Source: Candidatus Latescibacterota bacterium
GTDB taxonomy: Bacteria; Latescibacterota; UBA2968
Direction: 5' to 3'
NCBI GenBank assembly: GCA_038279365.1
Contig: JAYODI010000097.1
Coordinates: 1-19,520 of the forward strand
Length of the DNA: 19,520 nucleotides
Positions 16,437 to 19,520 of this stretch are shown here, in pieces; positions within the stretch are counted from its first letter, which is position 1, and each line of letters starts with the position of its first letter. The notes under the pieces are model-generated. The model was not told the DNA's origin. It searched no databases and saw nothing but the letters and a program-made list of their open reading frames with translations. The position numbers and the translations under genes are program-made.

Positions 16437-18353
16437 TTAACCTGTAGATGCCAATACCTGTTGATCTTCTGAAAAGTATTGTATCACTGTCTCAACAGCA
16501 CGCATTTGACCATCCTCTGACAGAATTTCAACAGCAGGCACTTGAAACGTATCTTCTAATTTTTTGATATGATTTTCCAATGCGGAACGTTCCATCTTTT
16601 GAGGCGTAATCATACTGCGTCCATACGCCATCCGAATATGTTTCTCGCGATCACCCATTGCCAACAACAACGTCGGTGCTTTACAAACCGCCCGAATGCC
16701 ATCAATCGTATCGCGAATATATGCCTCTGCATCAATGCTGTTCACCACCAAAATACACGCGTCGGGTTTCACACCCAACAAAAACGCCAGCGAAGACATG
16801 GTATGTGTGCTGTGCTCCATCACGTCATATGGAATGGTTCCCGATTGAGAGCCCGTCAAAATGATATCAGGCCGTTTATGTTGGCAAATTTCTCGCATCT
16901 TATAATCCAAATACGGTACATAACTCTGCAGAGGCATTTTCAACGTCGATGCATATCCCATTGGAAACGCCACATCCATCCCCAACAAACGCGCATGATG
17001 TTCTGTACCCAACTGCCCAACCCGATATCCCGCCTGTATCAATTGCCGACGCAAAGCCATTTGCAGTGTAAACTTCCCTTGCTGGGAACTGGTACCCATC
17101 ACTGCCAACACGGGCACATCCACTGGAGATAGCGATTGAAACCCGTGAATCGCTTGTGCGACTTCTGCGGGTTGAATATGTGGATATGCCAATCTCAAAC
17201 CTTTTTGATTAGCCAACTCATATAAATCCCCATATATGTCCGGATCAAGCTCCTGAAAACAAAACACATTGCGCCCTTCATCAAGCGCAATTTGCACATA
17301 CTCACGCAGCAAATCACGTTTACGAATACGCGCCAATTGATCCACATACCCCAAAACGAGGGTATCTGCATTTGCCATCGCTTTGCGAACATTTGGACTA
17401 ATTCTCAAATTTGCAAAAGATTCATCAATCACTTCCCCAGCATCCTTTCCCACCATGCCTTTTCCCACGGGGTCACCCACCCCCACCAACTCAAAACCAA
17501 GCATATCTCGATACCGCACCAAGCTATGCATCTCTTTGTTATAGGGATACAAAGCTGCTTTTTGAATCCAAGAATAGTCGTCTTGCAAAATCAAGCGAGA
17601 TGGTTGTTGGGACACTGGTATTAATTTCTTATGTTCCGTTTTTTCTTTCAATGCTTTTTCTTGTAGCAATTTGCGAATATTTTGAGCAGAAGAATTTGGA
17701 TATTGTTTTAAAAGACGCGCAACAATACCCGTTATGTGTGGCGTGGCAAAACTGTTACCTGAAGTCATAATGTGTTTATCACCCAACCAACACACCCGTT
17801 GTTCATCTCCCCGCGCCACACATTCTATTGACTGCCCTTGCCGATAATAAAACCCATCGACCTCATGAATGGCACCACCCGTCACACCAATCACTTCCTC
17901 AAACACAGCCGGATAACTCTCTCGCCCATCATTGCTCTCTGCCGCCACCATAATCAGGCCAGCATCATATGCTTTTCGACAGATATCATGCAGTAATTCC
18001 TTAACCGCTACATCCGTCGTCCCCAAACTTAAATTCACCACATCCATCTCGTTATCCATACACCACTGAATCGCCGCAACTAAAGCCTGTCCATCCGCCA
18101 TCAATGATTCGTCAAAGATCCGAACACTATACAACAAGGCATCAGGCACTTTCTTTCGAATAATTCCCGCGCACGCCGTACCATGCCCTACACAGTCGCC
18201 ATAATCATTTGAACATTCTATCCCACCATCTTCGCCAACGTGGAAACACACACCACCATCAACACCATTTACGCCAGAATGAGAAGCCTCTATACCACTA
18301 TCCACAATGGCGATTTTAAACTTGTCTTGATCTTGTTTGTTATTTCCCGACAT
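16437..18353 (-). CDS. Fusion of subtilisin-like S8 protease (N-terminal ~235 aa) and DUF1611-like domain (C-terminal ~370 aa)
   Basis: S8 triad IAIVDSG / GHGTACAG / TSGNSFATPHITG, plus VVNLSLG and YPA. The C-terminal part has a P-loop-like VMGTSSQQGKFT, GSQSG and FLLGVKPDACILVV. No signal peptide. Confidence 0.8.
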   Translation of the reverse strand: MSGNNKQDQDKFKIAIVDSGIEASHSGVNGVDGGVCFHVGEDGGIECSNDYGDCVGHGTACAGIIRKKVPDALLYSVRIFDESLMADGQALVAAIQWCMDNEMDVVNLSLGTTDVAVKELLHDICRKAYDAGLIMVAAESNDGRESYPAVFEEVIGVTGGAIHEVDGFYYRQGQSIECVARGDEQRVCWLGDKHIMTSGNSFATPHITGIVARLLKQYPNSSAQNIRKLLQEKALKEKTEHKKLIPVSQQPSRLILQDDYSWIQKAALYPYNKEMHSLVRYRDMLGFELVGVGDPVGKGMVGKDAGEVIDESFANLRISPNVRKAMANADTLVLGYVDQLARIRKRDLLREYVQIALDEGRNVFCFQELDPDIYGDLYELANQKGLRLAYPHIQPAEVAQAIHGFQSLSPVDVPVLAVMGTSSQQGKFTLQMALRRQLIQAGYRVGQLGTEHHARLLGMDVAFPMGYASTLKMPLQSYVPYLDYKMREICQHKRPDIILTGSQSGTIPYDVMEHSTHTMSSLAFLLGVKPDACILVVNSIDAEAYIRDTIDGIRAVCKAPTLLLAMGDREKHIRMAYGRSMITPQKMERSALENHIKKLEDTFQVPAVEILSEDGQMRAVETVIQYFSEDQQVLASTG

Positions 18354-19068
18354 GATTTATCTCCCCAACCAACAACGGCGAATCCATCATATTGCATTCC
18401 ACACGCACAATTTCCTTCTTCTTCCAGTCCACCAAAACCCGCAACGTATCATCAGCCTTTCTCGGCTTCCAACAATATTCAAACACACTCAAACCATTCA
18501 CCTCCATCGCATCATACCCATAACTCCGTTTATTTTGAAGCGTGCGAATATAATCATACTTATCAAAATACGGCTGTGCATCTGGATGTTTCACAATGGA
18601 TGGCAAGTAATTCTCCATCAAAAGATTGGTTCCCGGCACCGCACGAAAACCACCACGTTTATAAAATGGTATACCTTTTCGGTTGAATGACCAGGTCGTC
18701 AATTCAACACGCTTACATATGTTTGATTCACACATTTTTCGCAAGCAAGCATTTCCAAGGGTCAAACCAAATATGCCACGCTTCTGAAAATCTGGATGGG
18801 TTTCAACATGTGAGAATATGACTATAGTTGAATCTGATTTTTGAGGTGTAATTCGCATCGCAGATATAATCTGATTATCACGGTTTAAAGTGAATATTTT
18901 GCATTTTTTTAAATCTTGGACGATATTTCTACTATTTATTAAAGGTTTTTGATCTGGCTCTCGTTGATACGCATTAGAAGTTAAAGTCCAATGATTTTTC
19001 CGAATGTTGTTTAAAAACTCAGATAGTTCTAATGCATTTTCTGATCTAAAATCAAGTACCTTGTACAT
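18340..19068 (-). CDS. GNAT family N-acyltransferase
   Basis: Motif A HVETHPDFQKRGIFG and motif B WSFNRKGIPFYKRGGF, plus a C-terminal extension. It overlaps the S8 fusion start by 14 nt. Confidence 0.85.
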   Translation of the reverse strand: MYKVLDFRSENALELSEFLNNIRKNHWTLTSNAYQREPDQKPLINSRNIVQDLKKCKIFTLNRDNQIISAMRITPQKSDSTIVIFSHVETHPDFQKRGIFGLTLGNACLRKMCESNICKRVELTTWSFNRKGIPFYKRGGFRAVPGTNLLMENYLPSIVKHPDAQPYFDKYDYIRTLQNKRSYGYDAMEVNGLSVFEYCWKPRKADDTLRVLVDWKKKEIVRVECNMMDSPLLVGEINHVGK

Positions 19069-19102
19069 ATCAATAAGATTCCATCATTTTATAGGGGCTT
19101 GG

Positions 19103-19134
19103 AGAAAGAAATACAACCGTTTGATTAAACGTTG
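19103..19134 (-). terminator. Weak stem-loop plus U-rich tract between the putative precursor gene and the GNAT gene
   Basis: Minus strand CAACGTTT-AATC-AAACGGTTG followed by TATTTCTTTCT. Confidence 0.4.
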
Positions 19135-19167
19135 CTAATTTTCGATGTAACTAAACATTTATGCAAG

Positions 19168-19518
19168 CTAATCATCTTTTTTGGGTTCCATTACATAATT
19201 GTCACCATCATTACCCAAATGACACCCTGCACATTGATAGGCAACCGCCGTACCATAAGCACCAGCACCAGCACTAAGCCCACCAGTTACAAATCCCCCA
19301 CCAGCTATCAAGCCAGTAACAACAAGACCCATTGGTCCACTTGTAGCAGCAGGAGCTACAGCTGCTGCTGCCGCTGCAGCACCTTTCATGCCACCAGCAA
19401 TACTTGCGCCTAATGTTGCCAGTGCAGCAGAATCACTATTATTAACCGTTGACGTTGCATGACCTACGGGGTTGTCGTAGACGTTAGGAATGGTTTGTTT
19501 ATTCTTTTCTTCCTCTTC
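19168..19518 (-). CDS. Gly/Ala-rich putative RiPP/bacteriocin-like precursor, 5'-truncated by the window edge (at least 116 aa)
   Basis: The frame is open from the window edge: ...EEEEKNKQTIPNVYDNPVGHATSTVNNSDSAALATLGASIAGG-MKGAAAAAAAVAPAATSGPMGLVVTGLIAGGGFVTGGLSAGAGAYGTAVAYQCAGCHLGNDGDNYVMEPKKDD*. It is co-oriented with and directly upstream of GNAT, S8-DUF1611 and ACP. Confidence 0.6.
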   Translation of the reverse strand, partial: EEEEKNKQTIPNVYDNPVGHATSTVNNSDSAALATLGASIAGGMKGAAAAAAAVAPAATSGPMGLVVTGLIAGGGFVTGGLSAGAGAYGTAVAYQCAGCHLGNDGDNYVMEPKKDD

Positions 19519-19520
19519 TT

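Noticed and set aside
16569-18690. Plus-strand ORFs such as 16569..17132, 17411..17770 and 18240..18686
   Set aside because: They are antisense shadows of the well-supported S8-DUF1611 and GNAT genes and carry no recognisable motifs. The same applies to the other short overlapping ORFs in the track.
19168-19389. ATG 19389 as the true start of a 73-aa peptide
   Set aside because: The frame stays open to the window edge with continuous protein-like sequence and no clear RBS, so the start probably lies outside the window.

Overview
Bacterial genomic window of about 20 CDSs with no rRNA, tRNA, CRISPR array or transposase that I can support. Left part (minus strand): a heptamer tandem repeat at the edge, msrP, citrate synthase and a spermidine-synthase-like methyltransferase. 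Middle part (plus strand): HAD hydrolase, a highly structured intergenic element rich in C-GNA-G triloop hairpins, a DHS-fold-like protein, cutC, a glycoside-hydrolase-like protein, a P-loop kinase, a trypsin-like protease and an XPB/Rad25-like helicase. These are followed by a triple-DUF5069 protein, an Smr protein, YceH, a HEAT-YccV/HspQ fusion, a DUF790/Bax1-like nuclease and an isochorismatase-family hydrolase. Right part (minus strand): a DUF4258/YgiT zinc-finger toxin-antitoxin-like pair and the most interesting locus, which is cut off by the window edge. That locus encodes a Gly/Ala-rich putative precursor peptide (acidic upstream segment, GG motif, C-terminal CxxCH), a GNAT acyltransferase, a subtilisin-like S8 protease fused to a DUF1611-like domain, and a stand-alone acyl carrier protein. 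I infer a possible acylated (lipo)RiPP pathway. All family assignments come from motif recognition by eye, not from database searches.
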